The notes beneath the pieces were generated by a model. That model searched no databases and had not been told where the DNA came from. It saw nothing but the letters and a program-made list of their open reading frames with translations. Of a DNA stretch of 64,000 nucleotides, positions 25,474 through 36,700 are shown piece by piece (positions within the stretch are counted from its first letter, which is position 1; every line of letters starts with the position of its first letter). The position numbers and the translations under genes are program-made. This DNA is from Coniocarpon cinnabarinum (Eukaryota), in NCBI GenBank assembly GCA_051942205.1, contig JAVECO010000132.1, positions 1 through 64,000 on the forward strand, written 5' to 3'.

Positions 25474-27317
25474 ATGGATTACAGCACTATCCAAGACCAC
25501 GAACAATCTCCCTGGGCCACGTCACCTCAACATTCACGCACTCCATCAGGCCAAGTAGATCCTTCGTCTCCCTCCCCAGCACATCCTCCACCAACAATAT
25601 CCGAAGCAAACGATACCAGCACCCGCCCCTCCCAGGACACTACTGTCGTAGAAAATGGTCATCCCGACGAGCCGTCGACACCCAGCACCGGCCAACAAGT
25701 GGTCTCGCCGGAGCAAACGCAGGCTTCACAATTCTCACCGCAACTCTCCCCTCAGGTCGAACAGACACAGCAGTTCCCCCAGAAGACCCAACGCTCGGCT
25801 CAGCGCTATCATAATCAAAGGCCCCGTTCGAGACAAGAACAACCTGTGTACAGGCTGCAACCTCGCGTCACCGGCGTAGAGCGGCCAACCCGCAAAGAGC
25901 TCTTCATTCGATTTGATGTCCACGTACGTATATGTCTAGACTGTGACCCATAGCTCATGTTGACAGCTTTGGTCCCCAGACAAATTTGCCAGGATACAGA
26001 ACTACACAGTTTCGCGATGTACGCCGCACCCACACGGAGTTTGTCAAGCTTGCCGACCATCTTGTCTCTGCGAACCCAGAAGCGTTCGTGCCGGCTATGC
26101 CTCCCTTTGCGACCTCTGCAGGCGTGGGCACGGACGAAGATGATGCAAAGATGAAGATTTACATGCAAAGGTGGCTCAGTGTCGTATGTGGTAACGACGT
26201 GCTCATGAGAGACGACGAAGTCAATCGTTTTATTGAGGGCGATCCTGGCTACAGTCCTGTTTACAAGAGATCACAGCCAGCGACAGGCGTCAGACGAAAG
26301 GTCATCAAACAATTTGCCCCTCCGCCGGATGACACACCGGAATTGCAGGAAGCAAGACCGATCGTGAAGAGGTTCTATCTGGGTGCGATGGATGCCGGCC
26401 AGAAGATGGACAAAACGGTGAAGGCGCGGAGAAATCTTGGTCTTGCTGAGGCAGACCTTGGACAGCGGTTCCAAGCACTGAATGAGCAGGAGATTCATCC
26501 AGGACTCAAACACGCATACCGGAAGCTAGGTCGCGTTGTGCAGACTGTTGGGGACATGCACGCTGCTCAAGGCACAGCCGAGGCTACGGTATTAGGCGAT
26601 CCTCTACATCACCTGTCAAACGACGCTTTTATTGTGAAAGAGACGCTCACCAATCGACACATTATTCTTCGTGACTTGATACAAGCGCAACAGGCTGTCC
26701 GCTCTAAATTATCGGCTACGGATAGATTGAAGGCGAGCTCATCCGTCCGGAGAGACAAGGTGGATGAAGCAATTACAGCACTGGACGAGGCGCGCAGTCA
26801 GGAGAATTACCTCGCGCAGAAGTCAGCCCGCGTTACACATCACCTCGTCTTCGAACAGAGAGCTTGGTTTGCACGGACGGCAGCCGAGCTCCGGGCTAGC
26901 ATTCGCGAACTGGTGGTCAGAGAAATCGAGGCGGAGAGGAGAGCACTGGCTACCTTGGAATCGGTCAGACCCGATGTTCGTGCAGTCGATGCAAGCGGCG
27001 GCCTGAGCCGATTAGGACGAGAAGCAACACCTGCCAGGCGTCAGACAGCGCAGAACAGCCAAGGACCAAAAGGCGACGCATGGAGCGGTGTCAATCGCCG
27101 CGCTGATGGCCTCAATCGCAGTATTAGTGGTAGCTTCGTTGCGACCGCTGGTGGCTCAGGTGAAACGGAAGAGGGTGCTGCCGCCCAAGACGACAATGGC
27201 AGCCGAGGCGGGTCGCGCAATCGCAATGTTGGGAACTTTGAGGAACAGCAAGATGACGATACTGATCGAGTTGACGCTCGCAATGCGGCGAGTCGACTTG
27301 CCGCAAGCACGTTCTGA
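25474..27317 (+). CDS. vps17: Retromer PX-BAR sorting nexin Vps17
   Basis: Intron 25924-25979. IRFDVH|TNLP..RTTQFRDVRRTH.EF.KLADHL..ANPEA, QPATGVRRK..KQFAPPPDDTPEL, KETLTNRH and GLSRLGRE. Confidence 0.95.
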
Positions 27318-28995
27318 ATTGCTGGGTAGTCGTTCTCAGATGGAGAAGTCGTCGACGTCGCTCAACTATGAGATACTGCGAGGGCTCGATGCAAGCGATC
27401 ACACGGCATGCTGGCGCTCGCGGATTGTACATTACTAGAAACATTACTATCCAGGCATACAAGCGGTCAACTCTGCGCGTGCAGATGCTCGATCTGAAGC
27501 CTTTGCGCACGAAACACTTCCAAATGTACACGTCGACAGCGACGCACGCGGCACGCCGTTGACTATTGCACGCCTTGGGGAGTAAATGAGACAGTGACGC
27601 GCTTTCTGTCCTTTCCGGGGTGACAAGTCCAATGGTAGATCTTGCACACCAACGCTGACCCCCAACCCGCCAAGTGGCCGCTCAGCAAGAAGCGGAGACG
27701 AGGCAGACGGCCGTATAACAGTTTCGTCAGCCCTAGTATGGCACCTCACCCGACCGCCAGGCAAGGCGGCGCAGAGTCATCGTGGATCAGAGGGCGGGTG
27801 AAAAAGGTCAGCGTGTTCAGAGCGGGCAGCAGGGTTCCGTGGGAGGCATCTGCGAAATGCTCTCTGGTTGGATGAGCACGTCGCAGTGGGTCACCACCCT
27901 CGAGAGGTCAGAGCTGACCCTGATCCTCACCGAGTTGTTGCCCCGGACCATCCACGACGTGCAACAAGCAACATGCGTCACTGCAAGCATGTCGAGTCTC
28001 GCGGGAGCTGGTCGTCCAGGCTGCTCGCAGTCGCCTTTTGCACGGAGGAGCATTGAAGTGGACGGGCGGTAACTGGAAGTGGTAAACCGGTGCCGCAATA
28101 GCCACACAGCCGTGCCGCAGGAGGAACGTGAATAGAAGAAACTAGCAGACTGGCAAGCTAAAGCTTTTTGCTCCCAAACCTCCACCACGTCGGACTGGCA
28201 AGGTGTCAACGCGGTGATTGGCCCTCGTCACGGGATGGCGCCGCGGTATTCCGTAGGGCTACAAGCCTACAACGCTAGCTTCTGAAACCCTGCCACTGAC
28301 CAACCAGCGTGGCACCTCAGACATCATCCATCCCATCTCGCGGCCTCCCTGGCTTCTCTCCCTTCTTCGTGCTTACCACGTCTGACTCCCGTGGGGCGCA
28401 ATCATCAGCTTCAATGGGGCTTTCGTCTTTTTTCTGCTCATCTACATAGCCAGTCGCTACCGTTCTTGGTCTTTTCCCCCACACGTCCTCCTCCTCACAC
28501 CTCGGTGAAAACGCTCATTCTACCACACCGTCAACGTTCTTGCAGGCTCCTATCCAGGCCATTAATATCATCCATCAATCCACACGTGCTCACCATAGTT
28601 GCATCACAGTTGATCTCTTGAATTGCACACTAATTGCTGCCCGTCGACATCAGATCAGCAGGAGCCGCTTCGACCCGGATGGTGCCTTTCTGTCTAATGT
28701 CTACCCGCTGATTTCCTCGACAACTTCTAAGCATAGCGTGGCGTTCACTTTTGATTCTAGTTCATCATTCCGCTTCTTCTGTCCATGTTCTGCGACTTGC
28801 AACCATTCTGTCTTGGCCACTGGCTCTAGCTTCTTCCGAATCGTTCAAATCTTCATTGTGTCGTTTCAACTCACACAGCGCAGGCGCTGTGGACAGAACC
28901 CTGTTGAGACTGTTTGAAAATCCAATCGGCGCTTGCATAGTGCAGTGTTCCAGGTTTCGTCCCTGCAACAACGACTTCCATGGTTTGCCTGGACT

Positions 28996-31789
28996 ATGTT
29001 CAAAATTGCTGTTGTGCAGCAAGCCTTACAGTCCAAGCAAAACCCAGAAGGTATGTTCAAAGTTACCCCGTAGGTCACGATCGTTCCAGCAGGCGATGTG
29101 CGCCCGTCTCGTAGCCGAGCAGAGCCAGCATTACCCCGCGAGTCCTCCCTCTTGCGACACATGTTCGCTGACTGCTTTCTGATTCTAGCCGCCCGAATAT
29201 CACGTCAACTCCTTGAAAATGAGTTGCGTGGGCTGTCAGACGAGAAGGATCAGCCGCCTCAAACACAAATACCGCCAAAAGGGCTGGCAAGGTATATTGC
29301 TCTCTATAAGCAGCACTGGATAGTCTACACATCCGTGTTGATTCTGATGTGAGTGAGCTTTTCTTTCACGATAGCATTGTGGGCAAAGGTTGCCAAGCAG
29401 GCTTGGCCACGAAGTTGCAACAATGGAAACGCTCGTTCATTGTTCGCACTGAGCCCGCCTTTGCCACCAAATATCCACTGCTATCCGAGTCCATCCGTGT
29501 ATTCACTGTTCCTCAACCGACCTTCTGTCACTCGCTACACATTTGGTCATTCACTCATTCATTTTCATTCGCCCACCTTCGTTCAATTGTTGTCCGCTGT
29601 CTCAGCTCCTGTTTTACATTATTTCAATTGCCCAGGAGGCTGATTGAATGCGCAGTCTACTTCTTGCCACCGTCGCGCTCGCGCTTGGCTTGACTCTGGC
29701 CCAGGACCATAGCAAACGATTACCTGGCTCAAGCAACCATCTTCCCGCGCAAGCATTAGCTGTCAAAAACCCCTACCTGTCGACATGGCTATCTGGTGAA
29801 TTCTGCGACGATGTCACCAAGGCCACCCCACAATTCTGGACTACAGAACCGATCACATGGAACATCCTTGCCCGCGTTGGCGCTGCCGGCTCTAGTTCTG
29901 CCGTCACCTACAATCTTTTTGGTAATCCTCATGCTGTTGACGGAGCTCGGCCCGCAGTCCAACAAGGTCCAGTCACTTATACTTCGACTCACACATACGT
30001 CAAGCTACAAGCAGGCCAAGCTCAGTTTCTCCTGGACTTCTTTTCACCCGTCTCTCCCAACAACCTGGTGAGGCACTCCATGCCTTACAGCTACCTCACT
30101 GTGGAGGTCACCGCCGGCAAGAAGACTGATGTGCAAATCATGAGCTCGATCGACCATACATGGACTGCTCAAGGAACAAAAATCACAGCTAACTTGAACA
30201 CCAACGGTCCAACCACGTACTTCACCCTCGGCAAACCTGATGCCATCACATTCCAAGAGCACTTTGAACGCGCGGCATGGGGCACCACCGTATTTGCCTC
30301 TCAATCAAATCAGTCCAGTGCGCTGTCCGCCGGCTGTGACACCCCCCGGAAGATGCAGAGCAGTTTCATGCAAGGTCATGCTTTTTCGAAACCACAGGGT
30401 CAGACAACATGTAAGGGCGACGCGGTCTTTGCTCTTGCGCACCAGCTTCGAGACGTCCAGAAAGCCAAGAGCGTCACTTTTGCCGTCGGTCTCTATCGCG
30501 AAAATGCGATCAATTACCTCGGAAAGCCACAGACCCCCTACTTCCGCAGCAAGTACAGAGACATCCCCAGCTCCTTGAATGCCTTCTTTGCCGATTACAA
30601 CAGCGCTTGGAAAGAGTCTCAGTCGCTCGACAACCTAGTCCGTTCGCACGCGAACAAGATTGGCGGCTCTAACTATGCAGACATTTTGGAAGCCTCTGTC
30701 CGCCAGACCTTTGGCGCGCTTGAGGTGGTCATCCCTGCTGACACATTGTCGACTGCGCCACAAGATGTCAACGGCTTTCTGAAAGAGATTTCGAGTGATG
30801 GGAACGTGAACAGTATCGATGTCATCTATCCGACCTTTCCCATTCTCTACGTATTGAGCCCCCAGTGGATCAAGCTTCTCTTGCAGCCCATGCTCGAATA
30901 CCTGGTAACGCCGCATGGCGTTTGGAATCGCAACTCTGTTCCTCATGACCTTGGCAACCACTATCCCAATGCGACCGGCCACAACGACAACAAGCTTGAG
31001 GTGATCATGGGCCGTGAGGAGTGGATGCCACTCGAAGTGACTGGATCCCTATTTAGTTTGCTGCATGCGTATGTGCAAGCAACCAAAGACTACGATTTCC
31101 TCAAACGCTACATGGGCCCTTCAGGCAACTACCTGCTCACGCAATACGCTGATTTTCTCGTGGACAATGGGACCGCGCCTCTTTCTCAACTGACGACTGT
31201 GGATTCTCTGAAGGCAGTCACTAATACCACGCAACTCGCCATGCAAGCCGCTATCGCCGTCTCGGCCATGGGCGCTATGTCCAATCTGACCAACTACACT
31301 GCCCACGGCGCTGACATGACCCGCCAAATACTCAACAACGATGTCTCCGCCATGGACGCACCAAAAACCCACTTTGCATACGCCTACAACCAACCCACCA
31401 GCTTCTCCGTCATGTTCCCACTCTTCGCCGACAAGCTCGCCAATTTGCCAGGCTCAAATTCGTTCAAGCCCGCCTACGACATGCAGAGCAACTTCTATCG
31501 CGGATTGCTGGACCAGCACCCGCTCGGGATCCCGTATTCGAGCAAAGAAGACTGGGCAGTCACTGACTGGAATATGTGGAGCGCGACCATCACTGCTCCT
31601 GACGTCACGAAGCTTATCATCGACACAACGCATCAATTCCTTAAGACGATGCAGAATGGTGTCGTGTTCGGAACGAAATACATGGTCGAGGGCAAGCTGT
31701 CAGGGAAATGGTGTGGCAACACTGCGCGTCCTACAGTGGGAAGCAACTTTGCGCTGTGGGCGATACAGGGACACTCGTTTGTGTTCTGA
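28996..31789 (+). CDS. gtaA: GtaA-like glutaminase A family protein (divergent); main exon 29648/29656-31789 plus two predicted upstream exons
   Basis: LAVKNPYLSTW, DFFSPVSP..LVRHSMPYSYL, SVRQTFGA, FLKEISSDGNVNSIDVIYP, PHDLGNHYPNATGHND and ARPTVG. Upstream exons 28996-29050 and 29189-29348 splice in frame. Confidence 0.88.
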
Positions 31790-32012
31790 GCGACTGCAGA
31801 TGACTCAAACTCCTGTGAAGTACTGAGGGTTTATTTATGCGTTCAGCGAGGGCGTTGGAAAGGATACTTGTACTAGCCATGACGTTATGACAATAGGCTC
31901 GAGGAAGCCAAGGGAAGGCCAGAGCCAGCATGTACAGCGTGACACATATATCGCAGCGATTGTTGTATCAAATGTTCAATTCAAATTCAATTCCAGACAC
32001 TCTTCCTCTCCC

Positions 32013-32951
32013 TCAACCCCCGTCACCTCCGTCCTCCGCTTCTCCTCCCTTTGCGGCCTCCCTCTCCTTCTTCCTCTCCAACAGCCTCTTCAGCATCTTC
32101 GCACCGCTAAACGATCCCCCCGTCCCTGCTCCGCAAATAGCACAGCTCGGATCCCGCTTGTATCTTTTCAAAGCACACTTTTCACAGAAATAATGCCCAC
32201 ACTGCGTCACAACCGGAAACTTGTAATCCTCTTTACAAATCACGCATTTAAACGGCACATCCTTAAGCAACTCATCCACCTTTTCGCCCTCCTCGCGGGC
32301 CAACTCGCCATCACCCAGCGCCGCTGCTTTTTTGGCCGCGAGGCTGGCTGTCACAGTTCCCCCGCCCTTTTTGGCATTGTTCTTGTTGCTGTTGCCCGCT
32401 GTTTCCCAGTCCTTGTCGAGCTGCCACCCCTGTTTGTAGTCTTCGCGGGCGTGCAGGAACTTGCAGGAGTCCCCGAAGCCGCAGAAGCCCGTTTGCTTGT
32501 AGTCTTTGCAGACGTCCGGGGCGAAGTCCGTGACGGTGATGGTGCGGACGTTTGCGGGGGCCTTTTGGGGACCGATGCTTTTGCCGCCTTGCGATTGTGA
32601 TTCTGTACTCGGTTTTGCCTGCGACTTTGCGGAGGCGTCGAGAGTCGTCCAGTGCGAGGTCTTGGTTGCGTCTTCGGATTTGGAGAGGGACGTGGTGGTG
32701 TCGGCGGCGTGAGTGGAGGGGTGGAAGTCGGCGAGGGGGGCTTTGGAATTGGTAATGGGTTGGTTCTGGACGCCCGTGATTTTGCGGCGTTTGATGAGGT
32801 GGGTGGCGTCGTCTGAGTCGGAGGCGTCTGAGGAGGATGACGAGGCGGGGGGTGGTGTTGCGGGGCGTTTGCGGATGGTGCTGGGTTTGGGACCGCGCTT
32901 TTTGAAGAGGGTGGTTGGAGCTGCTGCGGGAGCGGTGTCGGTCTCTGCCAT
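32013..32951 (-). CDS. cwc24: Pre-mRNA splicing factor Cwc24 (CCCH zinc finger + RING)
   Basis: DFAPDVCKDYKQTGFCGFGDSCKFLHAREDYKQGWQLD and PFKCVICK..PVVTQCGHYFCEKCAL..CAICG. Confidence 0.97.
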   Translation of the reverse strand: MAETDTAPAAAPTTLFKKRGPKPSTIRKRPATPPPASSSSSDASDSDDATHLIKRRKITGVQNQPITNSKAPLADFHPSTHAADTTTSLSKSEDATKTSHWTTLDASAKSQAKPSTESQSQGGKSIGPQKAPANVRTITVTDFAPDVCKDYKQTGFCGFGDSCKFLHAREDYKQGWQLDKDWETAGNSNKNNAKKGGGTVTASLAAKKAAALGDGELAREEGEKVDELLKDVPFKCVICKEDYKFPVVTQCGHYFCEKCALKRYKRDPSCAICGAGTGGSFSGAKMLKRLLERKKEREAAKGGEAEDGGDGG

Positions 32952-33751
32952 GTTCTTGGGCCGCTTTGGAGGTCTGCTTGGGAATGCAGGAGACTGTGAT
33001 CTTGATGTGCTCGAGCAATTGAAGATTCAAGATTCGAGGTAGGTACACCTGATTAGTCAGGCGAAAGAGAGAGAAGCTATCACGTGATGATGCGCGGGCT
33101 CCATGTGACAAGACTCAAGTCGGCGATCGGAGGCTCTTGGTATGCAGGATGTGATTGGTGGATGCGAGAGGCTGTCAGCAAGCAACGCCGTATGCAGTCC
33201 CTGGCGGTAAACAACAATAATCATTTTCCCCAAGCGACACTCTGCAGAGCCTTGCGCAGCACCCAACACTTTTTCCTGTCTGGTCCTCTACTGCGACACC
33301 AGCCAGAGCCTTGCGTTTCAGTCATGGATCCTGGGCGTCGACATTCCAGAACGTAAAGGGGAGAGAATAGTGGGTATCCGGCACTCCACCCTCCATCTCC
33401 AGCCCAAGGCTCCGTGCCCCGACCTCCAACAGACCCTTGTTTACCAAGCTTGTTGACGTGCCCTCTCCCCTTTGCTGCCAATCCCACACTTCAGCCTCAT
33501 ATTACGCAACGCTCGCTTTTCCTCTCACTGGTGACCTGTTCCTCTTCGATACAAATTTCTGCTCAACAAAACGCGGGACTGCACGTCCTCCTGCACCATC
33601 GTGCTTGCCTCTCACTAATTATAACGATACATCCCTAACACTTTGAAACCGGGCAATCGCTCACCCCTGACCGCTGGCGGCACCACGATTGCAAATACTC
33701 CAGAGACTCCACCCACAACCAGCTCCTGAACTATCGTCAATGTAATTCGCA

Positions 33752-36700
33752 ATGGCGACTTCGCACGCACAGAAAACGTCTGAGGACGATCCATTCAACG
33801 TGACCCCTACCTCAACAAACCGCGAACGCGCAAGATCACTCCGACACTCCCAGCTCGATCCGGCGCTGCTCACATCTTTCACGCGCGGTTCACCCTCTCA
33901 AGCCAAACGTGCACTCGAGGCCCATCTCACAGACACTGACAGGCGCATTCAAGATGCCAGCAAACTTGGCACGACGCTGTTGGAACAGAAGAAGCAGCTG
34001 GCTGCTCGGCTGAAGGACCTCGAATCGCAGAAGGATGACGAAGAGATTGGCGCCGACCTGCAGCAGAAGCTCAGTGAGCTGGAAAAGGAGTATAATGAGG
34101 TCGGCAGAGAGACTGCACGCGCCTTCATTCCGAAGAGTAGCCGCGGAAATATCAATTTCAATGCCAATGACTCTGAGAGGACGCCATTAGCTGAGAAGGG
34201 CGCGAGCGTTAACACCGACACCAAGGCGCGGATAGACTCGACCGAAGTCAACGGAAAGACCACCTCACGCAGGGCTCGCAATCAGGGTCACAGCAACAAG
34301 CATGATCTGGAATTTGCCACTGAGATTAGCACTTCACTACTTGGCCAAGTCAGAGGCTTGCAGAACACGCTCGTGGAGAAAGAGGATGCGCTGAAGAAAC
34401 TGCAAAGAGAGAACACTCAGATGCATGCTGACGCTGAGATCTTTAGCCAGCGCATGCGAGGTCTGGATGATCAAGAACAGAAGTACAAAGACGAGAACTG
34501 GACTCTAGAGACGCAAGTGCAGGATCTCACGGTGCAGATTAAGGAGCTGGCCATGAGAGAACAGAAGTTGCAGACGGCACTGAACACTGCGAACCAGCAG
34601 AAGTCCACGTCGGAGCGAGAGTACGAAGAGCTGAAGTCACAACATTCAAGACTCACAGAAGACCATTCGACGTTACAGAGGAGTCACGATGTGCATATTG
34701 CAGACTTCAAGCGTGACCTGGATGATGGACGAACTGAGCGCGACGAAATGCAAAGGCGCATCGACGAACTATACTCGCAAAACCAAGACCTTGCCAAGGC
34801 CGTGGCGTATCGGGTCAAGGCTGAACAAGGCGAGGGCGAGGACGGTATCGCTGAGGATGATATTGTCGAGTCCGTCGAAACGGAGACTCCAGAAGCGTCT
34901 CCACCTGCATCGCCCACCAAAGCCACACCTCGACACGGCGCATTGGAGTCCGAAACGCTCAAGAGCTCGCTCCATCACGCTCATCGGATGATACAGAACC
35001 TCAAGAACAACATGCATAGAGAAAAAACCGAAAAGATTGAGCTGAAGCGGATGTTGCAGGACGCGCGCGACGAGATTGAACAGCAGCGCAATGGCGGGAC
35101 TGCGGCTGCGAACGCTGGACGAAAGAGACAGCCAGCACGAGCGCCTGATGGATTCAAGAAGCCTGGACAACCCGCCAAACTAGGTGGCGCGCGTGCAATG
35201 AGTGAATGGGAAGATTACGAAGGAAGCCCATCTCAGCATCTTTCAGCTGCTCGTGATGGGGATCTGACGACTGACGCCAGCGATGCATTTGAGACTGCGG
35301 ATGAGCGAGGTGCGGGAATGCAAACGGAGACTGAAACCGATGCAGCTTTTGAATCCGCAGCAGACACCATGGCTGGCTCGACTGAAGACGAGCTCACAGA
35401 GACAGAAGGCGACTTCAATCGCAGTCTGTCGACCTCAAAATCACGAGCATCTATGGGCAATCGACGGAACTCTTTGGAAAGCACAGCGTCTGACGAAGGT
35501 GATGCGTTTGACCTCACCACGCCGCCTCGGCAGCCCAAATATCAACTCAGGCTCAACCGTAGCAGTATACAAAGAGACGGAACCCCTAGCATGAGAGATT
35601 CGCCAGCCAGCTTTGTCAGCAACTCAAGCCAGCCACGTTCCAGTTTCAATCTCGCGTCTGAACTCGAAGGCATGGATGATGCCAGCAGCAGGGCTACCTC
35701 TAGAGCGACGACTTTGGACAGATCACCTGCTCCGTCGCTAGGAGCACAAACGCCAGCTACGCCAAAGACACCAATCATGTCTCGCAGCGACACAGTTAGG
35801 TCTTCTGTGCCTCCGTCGCCACGAAAGCCAGCGTACGTTGATTCTGCGACCTCGACTGATGTGTGGGAACCTGAGCCGCGAGTGGTCGAGAAGGTCGTCG
35901 AGAAAGTGGTTGAGGTCCCTGCTGAGCCTCGAGTGGTCGAAAAGATTGTCGATAGAGTGGTTGAGGTTCCTTCCGAACCACGAGTCGTCGAAAAGCTCGT
36001 GGAAATTCCAGCAGAGCCCAAGATCGTGGAGAAGATCGTGGAGAAAGTTGTTGAGGTTCCTGTACCAGCAGCAGCCACGCGAGACGCTGCAACACAGCCT
36101 ACGCCTAAGAAGAGTGAAGAACATAAAGCACCTAGCATTGCAGCACAGGCAGCAGCGCTACGGCAAGATGACTCTGTGGTTGCACCTTTACAGCTATCTA
36201 ATATCTCCTCCCAATCTACGGCGCCCATTTCCATTCCGAAAGCTTTGACGGACCGCACTGTGGATATTGACACTCCAACAACGCCTAAAAGAAGGACGAC
36301 AGATGTTCTGCAAGACCAGTTCCCTGTGCCGGGTCAAGAGAATGATGACCAGTCTATCACGCCACCAGCACCGTCTACCAGCGAAGACAACAAGCTTGCG
36401 CCATCGACTCAGCAATTCTTGAATGATATCCTAGCACAAGCCCATTTAAAGAGAGCTGAAAACGACGCCCAGAGGTCGTCCACCGCAGGAGACTTCGCTG
36501 ATACAGAAGCTTCGTTGGCTCAGAGAATGGCAGAACAGCCCGCCAGTCCCGTACCCTCTATATCAATCACTGGTGGGCAAGCACGTGAACCAATCACCCC
36601 AACCCGTGCAGATACCAACGAAGCACATGGACAGAGGCAAAACGTAGCTGCAGCCCAACGAAACTTGCAGAGCCCTACGACTCCGTCAATACGAGATTCT

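Noticed and set aside
31887..33111. ORFs 31887..32600 (+) and 32311..33111 (-)
   Set aside because: Antisense or out-of-frame shadows of cwc24.
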